Assembly: GCA_965198945.1 (NCBI GenBank)
Contig: CBDAQI010000013.1
Coordinates: 32,001-96,000 of the forward strand
Direction of reading: 5' to 3'
DNA: 64,000 bases
Source of the DNA: Thermodesulfobacteriota bacterium
GTDB taxonomy: Bacteria; Desulfobacterota_D; UBA1144; Nemesobacterales; Mycalebacteriaceae
Shown: in pieces, positions 19,643 through 31,234 of the stretch
How the letters are laid out: the number at the start of each line of letters is the position of its first letter
How positions within the stretch are numbered: the stretch's first letter is position 1
Translations under genes and position numbers: made by a program
The notes under the pieces: model-generated
What the model was told of the DNA's origin: nothing
Databases searched by the model: none
What the model saw: the letters and a program-made list of their open reading frames with translations, nothing else

Positions 19643-20293
19643 ATGAAAAAACTGACACTCCTGACTCCCGGAACGGTTGACTATCCGGATGCCGTCAGTC
19701 TTCAACTGGAAATTCTTGAAAAACGCATAAAGGACGAAACTGAAGACACTTTAATTCTTCTTGAACATCCGCCGACAATCACGACCGGCAGGCGTGGGAA
19801 TCTTTCCAACCTTACGGCAAGCGACGATTTTTTGAAAACACGCGGAGTTTATATTGATTCTTCCGCAGGCAGAGGCGGAGACATCACTTTTCACGGGCCG
19901 GGGCAGGTTGTCGGCTACCCTATTATCAGCATCAAAGACCGTGAGGGAGGTGTTACCCGATATGTGCGTGACCTTGAAGAGGTAATCATCCGTGCGCTTG
20001 GAGATTTCGGAATTTCCGCCCGCCGCATTGAAAAACTGACGGGAGTTTGGGTAAAGCGCAGTAAAATAGCATCAATAGGAATTGGCGTGAGGCGATGGGT
20101 AACCTGGCACGGTTTTGCGCTTAATGTGAACACAGACCTTTCATGGTTTGACACAATTGTTCCATGCGGGATTTCTCAAGTGCAAATGACTTCAATAAAA
20201 GAATGGAAACGGAGCGCGGAAGATGTGGAAATGGAAACGGTCTGCGGCTCTCTTGTAAAATATTTTGCGGAGGCGTTTGGTTATCAACAATAA
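19643..20293 (+). CDS. lipB: Lipoyl(octanoyl) transferase
   Basis: LLEHPP, RGGDITFHGPGQ, KIASIG, HGFALNV, IVPCGI. Confidence 0.95.
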   Translation: MKKLTLLTPGTVDYPDAVSLQLEILEKRIKDETEDTLILLEHPPTITTGRRGNLSNLTASDDFLKTRGVYIDSSAGRGGDITFHGPGQVVGYPIISIKDREGGVTRYVRDLEEVIIRALGDFGISARRIEKLTGVWVKRSKIASIGIGVRRWVTWHGFALNVNTDLSWFDTIVPCGISQVQMTSIKEWKRSAEDVEMETVCGSLVKYFAEAFGYQQ

Positions 20294-20807
20294 CAACCGT
20301 GAACGTTTTGAAATTTCCCATATTTCCGGCGCGCGTTACGTGCTTGAAAACAGTTTCCGTATTCCCATTTCCGCTTCAAAAACTTTTAATTTTTTTCAAG
20401 ACCCGCGAAATCTGGACAAGATAACTCCTCCTTTTCTGTATTTCCGTCCGCGGGAGAAGAGAGCGGCCGGGTGTCTCGCCATGCGCGAGGGGCTTGAGAT
20501 AAACTACAAAATGCGGCTTCATTTTTTCCCAGTCAGTTGGGCAAGCCGGATTTCAGTATGGCAGCCGCCGTACCGTTTTGTTGATGAACAAATAAGGGGA
20601 CCTTTCGCGTTTTGGAGGCACACTCACAATTTTACTCCTGTCGGGAGGGGCTCAACGCTTGTTGAAGACAGGGTTGACTATGAAATACCGTTTGGTTTAA
20701 TTGGAAAACTGGCGAATTTTCTTTTTGTCAAACGCTATCTTGAAAGAATCTTTTCCTATCGCAACAAAAGGATTCACGAGATTCTTCTTAAAACAAAAAG
20801 TTTTTGA
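20277..20807 (+). CDS. SRPBCC-family protein
   Basis: 'FF.DPRNL..ITPP', 'FVDEQ..GPF..W.H.H', 'IFSYR'; start uncertain. Confidence 0.85.
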   Translation: MVINNNNRERFEISHISGARYVLENSFRIPISASKTFNFFQDPRNLDKITPPFLYFRPREKRAAGCLAMREGLEINYKMRLHFFPVSWASRISVWQPPYRFVDEQIRGPFAFWRHTHNFTPVGRGSTLVEDRVDYEIPFGLIGKLANFLFVKRYLERIFSYRNKRIHEILLKTKSF

Positions 20808-20849
20808 TTTTGTCTATAAAACTTTTGGATTGGGGATTGTAGAAATTGC

Positions 20850-21719
20850 TTATTGTAATTCTTGCAGCCTCCGATACGCCTCAGTGTTTTTTAATGCTTC
20901 ATTTTCTTTAATATAATCAAATGCGGTTTTTCCATTACGCTTCTTTGCGTTAACATCGGCGCCGTTTTTGATGAGTGCGGTGATAATTTCCGGATTGGTA
21001 TTGATTCCAGCCGCAGTGATCAGCGCCGTCAAACCATTTTTATCCTTTGCATTTACATCGGCGCCATTTTTGACGAGTGCGTTTATAATCTCTGGCCTGG
21101 TGTTGTAGCCTGCCCCAATAATCAGCGCCGTCATACCATCTTGATTTCTTGAATTTATATAAGCGCCGTTTTTGATGAGTTCAGTAATAATTTCCGGATT
21201 GGTGTTGTAGCCTGCCGCAGCCATCAGAGGCGTCTGATCACTTTTATCCTTTCTTGAATTTATATCAGCGCCATTTTTCATGAGTATGGAGATAATTTCT
21301 GGATTGGTATTGTAAGCTGCGGCGTATGACAGAGCCGAATCGCCGGTATTATAGGACCTTGAGTTAATATCAGCACCGTTTTTGATGAGTTTTTGGATAA
21401 TTTCCAAGTTGGTGTTGCTGCTTATGCCAATCATCAGAGGTATCTGGCCATATTTATCTTTTGCATTTATATTCGCGCCGTTCTTAATGAGTATGGAGAC
21501 AATTTCCAAATTGGTGTTCATTCCTGTTGCAAACATCAGAGCTGTCCAGCCATATCTATCTTTTACTTTTACATCGGCGCCGTTTTTGATTTCTCTTTCA
21601 ATATCTGCAACTGTGGCGGTTTTCATAAATTCCGCCTCAAGCAACAAGTTATGCGCCCACGACGATGCCGGGAAGATAAGACAGAAAACCAAAATTATTA
21701 GTCTGATTTTTATTTTCAT
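20850..21719 (-). CDS. Secreted ankyrin-repeat protein (6 repeats plus caps)
   Basis: Signal peptide (MKIKIRLIILVF...SSWA); 34-35-aa repeats G.TAL..AA..N.NPEII..LIKNGADVNAK. Confidence 0.92.
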   Translation of the reverse strand: MKIKIRLIILVFCLIFPASSWAHNLLLEAEFMKTATVADIEREIKNGADVKVKDRYGWTALMFATGMNTNLEIVSILIKNGANINAKDKYGQIPLMIGISSNTNLEIIQKLIKNGADINSRSYNTGDSALSYAAAYNTNPEIISILMKNGADINSRKDKSDQTPLMAAAGYNTNPEIITELIKNGAYINSRNQDGMTALIIGAGYNTRPEIINALVKNGADVNAKDKNGLTALITAAGINTNPEIITALIKNGADVNAKKRNGKTAFDYIKENEALKNTEAYRRLQELQ

Positions 21720-21803
21720 TTGAACACGTGACTTCTATAGCTAATGTATAAAAACCCCCTTTTTACAAATAGTTTTAACTGTCTAAACATGCTATTGTCC
21801 TGA

Positions 21804-23486
21804 TCAGTTAGGTTTTTCGTCATTTGAAGTATCATTTTTGACGCTTCTTAAAACAACTCCCTGATTTTCTGTATAAAGCTTTTGACAGGCGAACTCTTTC
21901 CATTTTCAAATTCATCCAGCTCCTTATACGCTTCAGTTTTGTTCAATGCCTCATTGCTTTTAATGTAATCAAATGGTGTTGCTGAATGCCGCAACCATAA
22001 GAGCCGTCCAACTTTTTTCATTTTTTATGTTTACATCCGCACCGTTTTTGACCAGAGTATTTATAATTTCAGGATTAGTGCTGTTGAATGCCGCAGCCAT
22101 TAGGGCTATTCCGCCCTTTTCATTCACCGTGTTTACATCCGCGCCGTTTTCAACAAGCATGTCAATGACTTCAGGTTTTATGTTAATCAATGCGACGATC
22201 ATCAAAGGTGTAACTCCATCCTCCCCGCTTACGTTTACATCTGCGCCGTTTTTTATTTCCCGCTCAATGTCAGTGGCTGTTGCGGTTTTCATGAACTCCC
22301 CGTCAAGCAGATTGCTTGATTCCGACAGTTTCAACTTCCAATACGATTCGGCGCTTTTTAAAGTCTCGTTGTCTTTTATGTAATCAAATGCCTTCTTCCC
22401 GCTATTGTCTGTGAGGCTTGGGTTTGCCCCGTTTTCAAGTAAGGCGTCAACAATTCCGGCGTTATTGTTGGCTGCGGCAATCATAAGAGCCGTTTTACCC
22501 TTTTCGTTTGCCGCGTTTACATCGGCGCCGTTTCTGACCAGCGTGTTGATAATTTCGGTATTGGTATTGTTAAGCGCCGCACTCATAAGGGCCGTCCAGC
22601 CGAGTTCATTTTTTGCATTTACATCGGCACCGTTCCTGATGAGTGTGCTGATAACCTCCGGGCTGGCGCCTCCGAATGAAGCAATGATAATAGCCGTTTC
22701 CCCGCCCTCGCCTCTTGCGTTCACATCGGCGCCGTTTCTGATGAGTGTGTCTATTGCTTGTTTGCCGGCGCCGCCCGCCGCCGCAATAGCCAAGACCGAG
22801 CGACCGACTTCATTTTTTCCGTTCGCGTCGGCGCCGTTTTGGATTAATATATTGATAATTTCCTCCGGGTTGGGATTATAAATTGCGGCGCTCATCAAAA
22901 CTGTCATACCTTCTTTGTTTGTTACGTTCAGGTCGGCGCCGTTTTGGACGAGGGTTTTAATGACTTCCGGGTTGGGGTTGCTTTCCGCGGCTATTGTCAG
23001 CGGTGTTCCGCCGCTTTGTTCATTTTTTGCGTTTATGTCTGCGCCGTTTTGAATGAGTGCGGTAACAATTTCCGGGTTGGGGTTATTTGCGGCGGCAATC
23101 ATCAGGGCAGTCCACCCGACTTCATTTTTTGCGTTCACATCGGCCCCATGCTTTATCAGCATTCTAACAATCTCCGGGTTGGGGTTGCCGAATGCGGCAC
23201 TCATAAGGGGCATCCAACCGGCTTCGGCTTTTGTGTTCACATCGGCGCCGTTTTTGATCAGTATGCCTATTACTTCGGGGTCTGTGTTTAAAAGTGCGGC
23301 GATCAAAAGGGGTGTTGTGCCAATTTGATCTCTTGCATTGACGTTTACGCCGTCTTGAATTTCTTTTTCAATGTCCGCAACGGTGGCTGTTTTCATAAAA
23401 TTCTGATCAAGCAGATTATCCGCCCGGGACAATGACGGTAACATCAGGCAGAGAGCCAGGGCGAGCAATGTAATTTTTTTCTTCAT
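21804..23486 (-). CDS. Secreted two-module ankyrin-repeat protein; second module broken by an out-of-frame deletion near 21975
   Basis: Signal peptide, N-cap, 9 repeats, C-cap, second N-cap, 2 repeats plus a partial one; C-cap FDYIKSNEALNKTEAY continues in another frame to stop 21804. Confidence 0.88.
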
Positions 23487-23594
23487 CTAATTCCTCCGTA
23501 AAGTTTATGCATAATCTTAAACAATAGCCTATTGAGATTAGAATTGTTTCTTCCCAGGCGGAGATTGCAAATTATAGCACTAAAATTTCTTTTC

Positions 23595-24026
23595 TTAATT
23601 ATTATTGGTCCAATAAACAAGGACGGCACCCATGACGATAAGTGTAATTCCGGCAAGACGCATTGCTGAAATTTTCTCGCCCAGAATAGCCCATGCATAA
23701 ACGGCGGAAAACAGCGGGGCGGTCGCCGCGAGCGGAATCACATATGAGGCGTCTCCGTCTCTGAGTGCGTTAAAAAAAATGGAAAGACCCACAATACCTC
23801 CAAGACCCCCCGCGACAAGAATCAGCAAAAGTGTTTTTCCGCTGATTTGAAAAATTTCGGGTGTTTTACCCGTGGCGACTATAAAGACTGCCATACAAAA
23901 CGATATGAACACCAAGCGGATTGTCATTACAACTGATGTAGACGTATCTCTGAGACTCATCTTTTCAAAAATTGGGCTGAGTCCCCATATCGCCGCCACC
24001 GCAAGAGCCATCATTGTTACCCTCAT
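23595..24026 (-). CDS. EamA/DMT-family membrane protein
   Basis: Five hydrophobic segments, 'LGEKIS..RLAGI.LI..G'. Confidence 0.88.
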   Translation of the reverse strand: MRVTMMALAVAAIWGLSPIFEKMSLRDTSTSVVMTIRLVFISFCMAVFIVATGKTPEIFQISGKTLLLILVAGGLGGIVGLSIFFNALRDGDASYVIPLAATAPLFSAVYAWAILGEKISAMRLAGITLIVMGAVLVYWTNNN

Positions 24027-24096
24027 TTGTGTGTTTCCTTCATTTGGTTCAAAATGCTAACTTATATGCTCTGACTGCAAAGGGAAGCCGAAGACA

Positions 24097-24441
24097 TTGA
24101 AAATTGCTCTTTTCATCAAAGATCTGATGTTTTCATCGCGTATACGTGAGTCTGCACCGCAAGGGCCGGAACTGTTTTTCGCCCGTTCGCTTGAAGATTT
24201 GCGCTCTGCGATTGCCAAACCAGATCTTTTACTCGCGATATTTGATTTGTCAGACCGTGATTCCGAAGAGGCGTTCAAGATGGTTAAAAGCGCCCTGCCC
24301 AACGCTTTTTGTGTCGGATACTACCCGCATGTTGACAAAGAAACGGCGGACAGATTCAAAAAACTCGGATGCGATAAGGTTTTGCCGAGATCGCGTTTTG
24401 CAAGGGAAGCTGCTGATTTGATTGCAACTTTCAAACAGTAA
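24097..24441 (+). CDS. Degenerate receiver-domain-like protein
   Basis: (beta/alpha)5-like pattern, 'DLMFSSRI', 'IFDL', 'GCDKVLPRSRF'. Confidence 0.6.
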   Translation: MKIALFIKDLMFSSRIRESAPQGPELFFARSLEDLRSAIAKPDLLLAIFDLSDRDSEEAFKMVKSALPNAFCVGYYPHVDKETADRFKKLGCDKVLPRSRFAREAADLIATFKQ

Positions 24442-24476
24442 AAAGTAAGTCTTCCGCACAAACAATCCCCTGATTC

Positions 24477-25262
24477 CTATCCCAACTTTTTTTCGTTTGC
24501 CTTCAAAACCTGTTTTGCGGTTGCCGAGAGTTCCGAGTCCGGGTCTTTTTTTATTACGGCCTCAAAATCCGCTTTCGCCTTTGCAAACTCGCCGAGCTTT
24601 TGAAACTCGGTTGCTCTTGCAAACAGCGCTTTGATGAAATCGGGGTTTGCTTCAAAAGCCCTTCCGAAATCCTCCACCGCTTTTGTGTTATTGCCCAAAC
24701 TGTCATAGACGTGCCCTCTGCTGTATAGGCTTTCAAAATCCTGCGGGTTCAGTTCAATGGCTTTATCGTAGTCCTTCAGGGCCCTTTTATAGTCTCTCAG
24801 CAGATTGTGGTATGTGGTCGCGCGGTTGTAATAAGCCTCGCCGTTTTCCGGGTCAAGTTCTATTGCTTTGTCATAGTCTGCTATGGCGAGCTTATATTTC
24901 CCGAGTCTCCCGTAGGCTGTTCCCCTGCTCACATAACCTCCGGGAAAATCGGGCATGAGTTCTATCACTTTTTCAAAGTCTTCGGTCGCAGGGCTGTGGT
25001 CTCCAATATCAACAAGCAGCGAGCCGCGGTTGTAATATGCTTGCGCGTAGTCGGGTTTTGTTTCAACAGCCTTTGTGTAGCAGTCAATTGCATCGCGCAG
25101 TTTTCCCGTCATTGAAAGCGCGACTCCGAGATTGTAAAGCGCGTCCGGATTGTCAGGTTTCAGTTCAATCGCCTTCCGGTAGTTTTCCTCAGCTTCATTC
25201 CATTTTCCCGCCCCCGCGAGTGAATTCCCTTTCTTGAAAAGTTTGTCAAAATTTTCCGACAT
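24477..25262 (-). CDS. Tetratricopeptide-repeat protein
   Basis: About seven 34-aa repeats 'AYYNRG...A..DY.KAIEL.P'. Confidence 0.92.
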   Translation of the reverse strand: MSENFDKLFKKGNSLAGAGKWNEAEENYRKAIELKPDNPDALYNLGVALSMTGKLRDAIDCYTKAVETKPDYAQAYYNRGSLLVDIGDHSPATEDFEKVIELMPDFPGGYVSRGTAYGRLGKYKLAIADYDKAIELDPENGEAYYNRATTYHNLLRDYKRALKDYDKAIELNPQDFESLYSRGHVYDSLGNNTKAVEDFGRAFEANPDFIKALFARATEFQKLGEFAKAKADFEAVIKKDPDSELSATAKQVLKANEKKLG

Positions 25263-25288
25263 TTTTTCTCCTTTTGTAAATTTTCATT

Positions 25289-28200
25289 TTAGGCCAGAAT
25301 CGGTGCCAGCCATTTTTTTGCTTCCTTCAATGATACCTTTTTTCTTCCGGCATAGTCCCTAACCTGGTCTTCCGTTATTTTGCCCACATTGAAGTATTTT
25401 GCTTCCGGGTGGGCAAAGTAAAACCCTGAAACCGAACTTGCCGGAGTCATAGCAAGGTTTTCCGTAAGCGAGACTCCGGTGTTTTTTTCAGCGTCAAGAA
25501 TTTTCCAGATTGTCCGTTTTCCCGTATGGTCGGGGCACGATGGATAGCCGGGCGCGGGCCTTATTCCCCTGTATTTTTCTTTGACAAGGTCTTTGTTGGA
25601 AAACTTTTCGTATTTGCCGTATCCCCAGATTTTCCGGGCTTTTTTGTGCATCATCTCGGCGAGGGATTCGGCTATCCTGTCGGCGAGCGCTTTTATGATT
25701 ATGGATGTATAGTCATCTCCGGCTTTTCCGAAGGTTTCCGCGTATTTTTCGGTTTTGTTTCCCGCAGTAACTACAAAAGCCCCCATGTAGTCTCTTTTTC
25801 CCGACTCTTCGGGCAGTATAAAATCAGAGTTACAGTAGTAGATTTCCTCTTTTTTAGTCCGCGCACTTTTCCTTATGGTCTGTTGGCGCAGGAAATATGC
25901 GGTGGCAATGATACGGGATGAATGCGGCGAATATATTTTTACGTCATCACCGCTGCTGTTTGCCGGCCAGAATCCGATTGCGGCAGATGGATTGAAAGCG
26001 CGGGATTTGATAATCTCACGCAGAATTTTTTTTGCATCGCCGTAAAGCTCTTTCGCCTGTTTTCCCCAGCTTGGGTGTTTGAGTATTGACGGAAACGAGC
26101 CTTTCAAATCCCATGTCCAGAAAAACGGAGACCAGTCTATGTATTCCGCTGCCTCAGCCATGTCTATTTCAGGAAAAGTAATAATGCCGGTCTTTTCGGG
26201 TTTTGGAACTTCGTATTCGGGGTTGATTTGAAATTTTTTATTCCTTGCCTCCTCAATCGGGGCGTATTCCAGTCTGCTTGAACCGAGCAGATGTCTTTCC
26301 CTCTGTTTTTCCTGTTCTTTTTCAAGCTCTTTCACATATTGTGTTGATTTTTCGGGATTGAGAATTTGGTTGCACACGCCCACAACAAGAGATGCGTCCT
26401 TCACGTGCTCCACCGCCCCTTTGTATGCGGGAGCTATTTTTACCGCCGTGTGGATTTTGCTTGTTGTGGCGCCGCCTATCAGAATGGGAATTTTCAGGTT
26501 CTGTCTCTCCATTTCCGCGGCATTGTATATCATCTCGTCAAGCGACGGGGTTATAAGTCCGCTCATGCCGACCGCATCCGCATTTTCTTTTTTCGCCGTG
26601 CTGATGATTTTCTCGCACGGAACCATCACTCCTAGGTCTATCACTTCATAGTTGTTGCATGAAAGCACTACAGAAACTATGTTTTTCCCTATGTCGTGAA
26701 CATCTCCCTTGACCGTGGCGATAACAAATTTTCTATTTCCTGATTTTTGTCCCTCTTTTTCTTTCTCCATCAGGGGCGTCAGGATTGAGACGGATTTTTT
26801 CATCACGCGCGCGCTTTTTACCACCTGCGGAAGAAACATTTTCCCTTCACCAAAAAGACTTCCGACAACTTTCATCCCATCCATTAGAGGACCTTCTATG
26901 ACTTTGAGCGGCTTTTTATATTTTTTCAGGGCTTCGCTTGTGTCCTCCTCTATGAAGTCAACAATTCCGTGAATGAGCGAATGCTTTACTCGTTCCTCAA
27001 CTTTTTCTTTTCTCCATTCAAGATTCTTTTTGTCTTTTGCGCTCCCGCCTCCCTGAAATTCCCGGGCGATTTCAAGCAGTTCCTCCGCCGCTTGCGGGTT
27101 TTTATTCAAAACGGCATTTTCCACCTTTTCCAGCAGGTTTTTCTCAATTTCTTCATACACGGCAAGCATTCCGGCATTGACTATTGCCATATCAAGCCCG
27201 TTTTTAACCGCGTGATGAAGAAAAACACTGTGCATCGCTTCGCGCACCCTGTTGTTGCCCCTGAACGAGAAAGACAGATTGCTTATGCCGCCGCTTATAA
27301 GCGCACCGTGGCAATGCTTTTTGATTTCTTTTATGGATTCTATGAAATCAAGCGCATATCCGTTGTGCTCTTCAATTCCCGTTGCGATTGCGAGCACATT
27401 AGGGTCAAAAATTATGTCTCCGGGCTCCATGCCGGCTTTTTCCACAAGAAGTCCAAATGCTCTGCGGCATATTCTCACTTTGTCAGACTTTGATGCCGCC
27501 TGCCCTTTTTCATCAAAAGCCATCACGACCGCCGCGGCTCCGTAGCGCATAATTTTCCGCACCTGTTCAAGAAAAACCTCTTCCCCCTCTTTCAGACTTA
27601 TGGAATTCACAATGCATTTGCCCTGAACGCACCGCAGCCCGGCTTCAATAACCTCCCACCTTGAGCTGTCTATCATTATCGGAACACGCGATATTTCCGG
27701 TTCGGATGACACAAGATTCAAAAACCGTGTCATACATTTTTCTCCGTCAATCATTGCTTCGTCAAAATTGACGTCTATCAGATGCGCCCCGTTGCCAACC
27801 TGCTGGCGCGCGACTGCAAGCGCCTGCTCAAAATTGTCTTCCTTTATAAGACGCGAAAACACGGGGGAGCCCGTAATATTTGTTCTTTCCCCCACAATCA
27901 AAAGATTGCCTGTGCCTTCCGGCGTTTCATTTAACGGGTTGACAGTGAGCGGTTCAAGTCCGCTCAAGCGCGTGGCGGGTTTAACCGACGCCGGTTTTCT
28001 CGGAGGAATTTTTTTCAACCTTTTTACAATTTCCGATATGTGTTCCGGTGTCGTTCCGCAGCAGCCGCCGACTATATTGACAAGTGATGACTCGGCAAAC
28101 TCGGCAAGCAGCGCGGAAGTGTCTGCGGGTTTTTCGTTGTATCCGGTTTCACTCATGGGGTCCGGCAGACCGGCGTTCGGATAGCAGCTTACAAAACAGT

Positions 28201-29011
28201 CCGCAATCCGTGAGAGTTCCTCAATATGGGGCCTCATTTCCGAGGCGCCGAGAGCGCAGTTTATTCCGACCGATACGGGCTTTGAGTGCCTGACCGAATT
28301 CCAGAATGCCTCAACAGTCTGTCCCGAAAGTGTTCTGCCCGAAAGGTCTGTTACGGTCATTGAGAGCATAACGGGCATTCTCCGTCCTCTCCTCTCAAAC
28401 ATTTCCTCCATTGCGTAAATGGCGGCTTTCATGTTAAGAGTGTCAAAACTTGTTTCCGCTATCAGGATGTCCGCGCCGCCTTGTGCCAGGCCCTCGGCTT
28501 GTTCAAGATACGCGGCTCTGAGATCGTCAAAAGTAGCCGCTCTGTAGGCGGGGTCTTCAACATTCGGAGACATGGAAGCGGTTTTGTTTGTGGGACCAAG
28601 CGCTCCGGCGACAAACCGCTTCTGCCTTCCTCCGACCTCTTTTACGGCACGGACTGCGATTTCCGCCGCCCGTCTGTTGATTTCAAACACGTGGTCTTCC
28701 AGTCCGTAATCCGCCTGGGATATGGAATTTGCGTTAAAAGTGTTCGTTTCAATGATGTCGCATCCTGCTCTCAAATATGCTTTGTGTATGTCCAGAATCG
28801 CTTCGGGTTTTGTCAGGACAAGAATGTCGTTGTTTCCCTTGAGAATTTTACCGCCCGAGTCTTTGAAAATTTCTCCCCTGAAGTCTTTTTCCTCCAAGTC
28901 CAGTTGCTGAATCATTGTCCCCATCGCCCCGTCAAGGAACAGTATTCTTTTTTCAAGGAGTTTTTTCAGAGCGGTTTCGGTGTCTCGCCCGGACGGTGTT
29001 AATTTTTTCAT
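25289..29011 (-). CDS. metH: Cobalamin-dependent methionine synthase
   Basis: [43 protein letters not shown]. Confidence 0.98.
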   Translation of the reverse strand: MKKLTPSGRDTETALKKLLEKRILFLDGAMGTMIQQLDLEEKDFRGEIFKDSGGKILKGNNDILVLTKPEAILDIHKAYLRAGCDIIETNTFNANSISQADYGLEDHVFEINRRAAEIAVRAVKEVGGRQKRFVAGALGPTNKTASMSPNVEDPAYRAATFDDLRAAYLEQAEGLAQGGADILIAETSFDTLNMKAAIYAMEEMFERRGRRMPVMLSMTVTDLSGRTLSGQTVEAFWNSVRHSKPVSVGINCALGASEMRPHIEELSRIADCFVSCYPNAGLPDPMSETGYNEKPADTSALLAEFAESSLVNIVGGCCGTTPEHISEIVKRLKKIPPRKPASVKPATRLSGLEPLTVNPLNETPEGTGNLLIVGERTNITGSPVFSRLIKEDNFEQALAVARQQVGNGAHLIDVNFDEAMIDGEKCMTRFLNLVSSEPEISRVPIMIDSSRWEVIEAGLRCVQGKCIVNSISLKEGEEVFLEQVRKIMRYGAAAVVMAFDEKGQAASKSDKVRICRRAFGLLVEKAGMEPGDIIFDPNVLAIATGIEEHNGYALDFIESIKEIKKHCHGALISGGISNLSFSFRGNNRVREAMHSVFLHHAVKNGLDMAIVNAGMLAVYEEIEKNLLEKVENAVLNKNPQAAEELLEIAREFQGGGSAKDKKNLEWRKEKVEERVKHSLIHGIVDFIEEDTSEALKKYKKPLKVIEGPLMDGMKVVGSLFGEGKMFLPQVVKSARVMKKSVSILTPLMEKEKEGQKSGNRKFVIATVKGDVHDIGKNIVSVVLSCNNYEVIDLGVMVPCEKIISTAKKENADAVGMSGLITPSLDEMIYNAAEMERQNLKIPILIGGATTSKIHTAVKIAPAYKGAVEHVKDASLVVGVCNQILNPEKSTQYVKELEKEQEKQRERHLLGSSRLEYAPIEEARNKKFQINPEYEVPKPEKTGIITFPEIDMAEAAEYIDWSPFFWTWDLKGSFPSILKHPSWGKQAKELYGDAKKILREIIKSRAFNPSAAIGFWPANSSGDDVKIYSPHSSRIIATAYFLRQQTIRKSARTKKEEIYYCNSDFILPEESGKRDYMGAFVVTAGNKTEKYAETFGKAGDDYTSIIIKALADRIAESLAEMMHKKARKIWGYGKYEKFSNKDLVKEKYRGIRPAPGYPSCPDHTGKRTIWKILDAEKNTGVSLTENLAMTPASSVSGFYFAHPEAKYFNVGKITEDQVRDYAGRKKVSLKEAKKWLAPILA

Positions 29012-29033
29012 TGTTTGTTTTGGGCGCCTTTTC

Positions 29034-29813
29034 CTACCAGGTGTTTCTCAATTCTCTCAGCCCGGCAAAAACCTTCATTGCGCTGTCCGCTTCCGGAAAT
29101 TCTTTGCGTATGCGCTCAGTTACCTGTGTGTTTTCGTATCTCATAAAAGGGTTGTAGAGCTTTTCTTCACCTATTGTTGAGACCGGATCTTTTTTAGTTT
29201 TTATTTCGTGGAGTTTTCTTTTAGTGTCAGGGTTATCCGGTTCAATACTGAGAGAAAACTCAAGGTTTGTCTCAGCATAATTGTGTCCGCAGAATATGCG
29301 TGTTTTATCATTCAGGGTCCGGAGTCTTACAAGTGAGTTGAAAAGGTCATTCACATTTCCTCCGAAACGGGTATTGCCGCATCCTGAAAGCAGCAGAGTG
29401 TCTCCCACAAAGGCGTTTCCTTCAATAAGCAGACATATATGGTCGGGGCAGTGTCCGGGTGTGTGGATAACTGAAAAAACCCGGTTCCCGAAGGCGATTG
29501 AGTCTCCTTCATTTACGATTTTCCCGGCTCCGGTTTGTTCCGTGCCGAGCGGGTGGGAAATAACCTCCGCGCCGGTTGCTGTCGCAGCGGCGCCGTTGCC
29601 GGCAATATGATCCGGGTGGGAATGAGTATTAACTATATATTCCACAGGCATTGCATTTTCCTCTATGTATTCAAGAATCTCTCCGGGGCGGAGCGGGTCT
29701 ATGATTACGCACTTGCCCGTTTCAGAGCATGAGACAACATAGCTGTAGTTTGCATCGCTTTGTGGAACGGCAAATCGTGCTATTGAAAACTGTCCGCAGT
29801 CAAAAATCTTCAT
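29034..29813 (-). CDS. gloB: MBL-fold hydrolase, glyoxalase II-like
   Basis: THSHPDH, TPGH, GDTL, GH.Y, STIGEEK..NPF. Confidence 0.8.
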   Translation of the reverse strand: MKIFDCGQFSIARFAVPQSDANYSYVVSCSETGKCVIIDPLRPGEILEYIEENAMPVEYIVNTHSHPDHIAGNGAAATATGAEVISHPLGTEQTGAGKIVNEGDSIAFGNRVFSVIHTPGHCPDHICLLIEGNAFVGDTLLLSGCGNTRFGGNVNDLFNSLVRLRTLNDKTRIFCGHNYAETNLEFSLSIEPDNPDTKRKLHEIKTKKDPVSTIGEEKLYNPFMRYENTQVTERIRKEFPEADSAMKVFAGLRELRNTW

Positions 29814-29876
29814 AACTATAAGATTAAAATCTACACTATGCCGAAACTCAATCAAAAAAGCCCTTTGCGAACAGTT

Positions 29877-29905
29877 TTGACAAGCCGTTGCGACACTGGA
29901 ATAGT
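29877..29905 (+). promoter_or_regulatory. sigma70-like promoter of thrC-moaD
   Basis: TTGACA-17-AATAGT. Confidence 0.5.
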
Positions 29906-29974
29906 AATGTCTCTGTTTACTTCAAACGGCCCCCGGCGCGAGTTACGGAGGTGGTAAAACGGAGTTTTATAAAC

Positions 29975-31219
29975 ATGTCTTTTGTGCGGCAACTCTCCTG
30001 TAAGGAATGCGGGCGTTCTTATCCTAAAAAGGCCCTGCATGTTTGTGAAGACTGCTTTGGTCCCCTTGAGGCTCAATATGATTATGCGTCAATCAAAAAA
30101 GCCGTCTCGCGTGAAAAAATCGCCTCCCGTCCTCCGAGTATCTGGAGATACAGTGAGCTTCTCCCTCTGGAAAAAGATCCGCAGGCCGGAATTAATGTCG
30201 GCTTCACTCCTCTTCTCAAGGCGGAAAAGCTTGGCCGCGCTCTCGGTCACAGTAATCTCTATGTGAAGAACGACGCGGTTTCTTTCCCCACTCTTTCATT
30301 CAAAGACAGAGTGGTTTCAGTTGCGCTTTCAAAAGCGATTGAGTTCGGATACAAAACGGTTTCCTGCGCGTCAACCGGAAATCTTGCCAACGCAGTCGCT
30401 TCAATAGGAGCGAGGAGAGGTCTTGAAGCGGTTATTTTCATTCCGCATGACCTTGAGAAATCAAAGGTGATAAACACTGTTATTTACGGAGCGAAACTGA
30501 TTGGCATAAAAGGCACATATGATGATGTGAACCGTCTTTGCAGCGAAATTGCCGGAAGGCGTGAATGGGCTTTTGTAAATGTTAACATGCGGCCCTATTA
30601 TTCCGAGGGTTCAAAGAGTCTGGGATTTGAAATATCCGAGCAGATGGGCTGGAAAATTCCGCGCCATGTAGTTGCTCCCATGGCGAGCGGTTCTCTTCTC
30701 ACAAAAATATGGAAGGCGTTCCACGAATTGCGTGAAGTCGGGCTTGTTGATGACGCGGAACCGGTTCCCTCCATGTATGGCGCTCAGGCAACCGGGTGTT
30801 CTCCAATTTCAACCGCCGTTAAGGAAGGGAGAGATTTTTTCAAACCCGTCATACCGGAAACCATTGCGAAGTCTCTTTCAATCGGCAATCCGGCGGACGG
30901 TTACTACGCAATCAAAATTATGAACGAAAGCGGTGGGTGGAGTGAAGACGCATCAGATGAGGAAATAAGGCGGGGAATAACTCTGCTTGCTGAAACCGAG
31001 GGCATATACACTGAAACCGCCGGAGGCGTTACCGTCGCGACCGCAAAAAAACTTATTGAGCAGGGACGTATACCTGAAGGCGAAACAACCGTTTTATGCA
31101 TAACGGGCAACGGCCTCAAAACTCAGGACGCGATTGAAAACAGTGTTTCAACCCCTTATCTTATAGAGCCGAATATTGAAGATTTTGAGGAGATATTCGC
31201 TAAAATCAACAGCAACTAA
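29975..31219 (+). CDS. thrC: Threonine synthase (PLP-dependent, N-terminal Zn ribbon)
   Basis: CxxC...CxxC, PTLSFKDR, ASTGN, ETAGG, ITGNGLK. Confidence 0.92.
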   Translation: MSFVRQLSCKECGRSYPKKALHVCEDCFGPLEAQYDYASIKKAVSREKIASRPPSIWRYSELLPLEKDPQAGINVGFTPLLKAEKLGRALGHSNLYVKNDAVSFPTLSFKDRVVSVALSKAIEFGYKTVSCASTGNLANAVASIGARRGLEAVIFIPHDLEKSKVINTVIYGAKLIGIKGTYDDVNRLCSEIAGRREWAFVNVNMRPYYSEGSKSLGFEISEQMGWKIPRHVVAPMASGSLLTKIWKAFHELREVGLVDDAEPVPSMYGAQATGCSPISTAVKEGRDFFKPVIPETIAKSLSIGNPADGYYAIKIMNESGGWSEDASDEEIRRGITLLAETEGIYTETAGGVTVATAKKLIEQGRIPEGETTVLCITGNGLKTQDAIENSVSTPYLIEPNIEDFEEIFAKINSN

Positions 31220-31234
31220 CTGAAGGAGTCAAAA

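Noticed and set aside
20850..23486. Diversity-generating retroelement acting on the ankyrin repeats
   Set aside because: No RT or template repeat, and repeat differences are not confined to adenines
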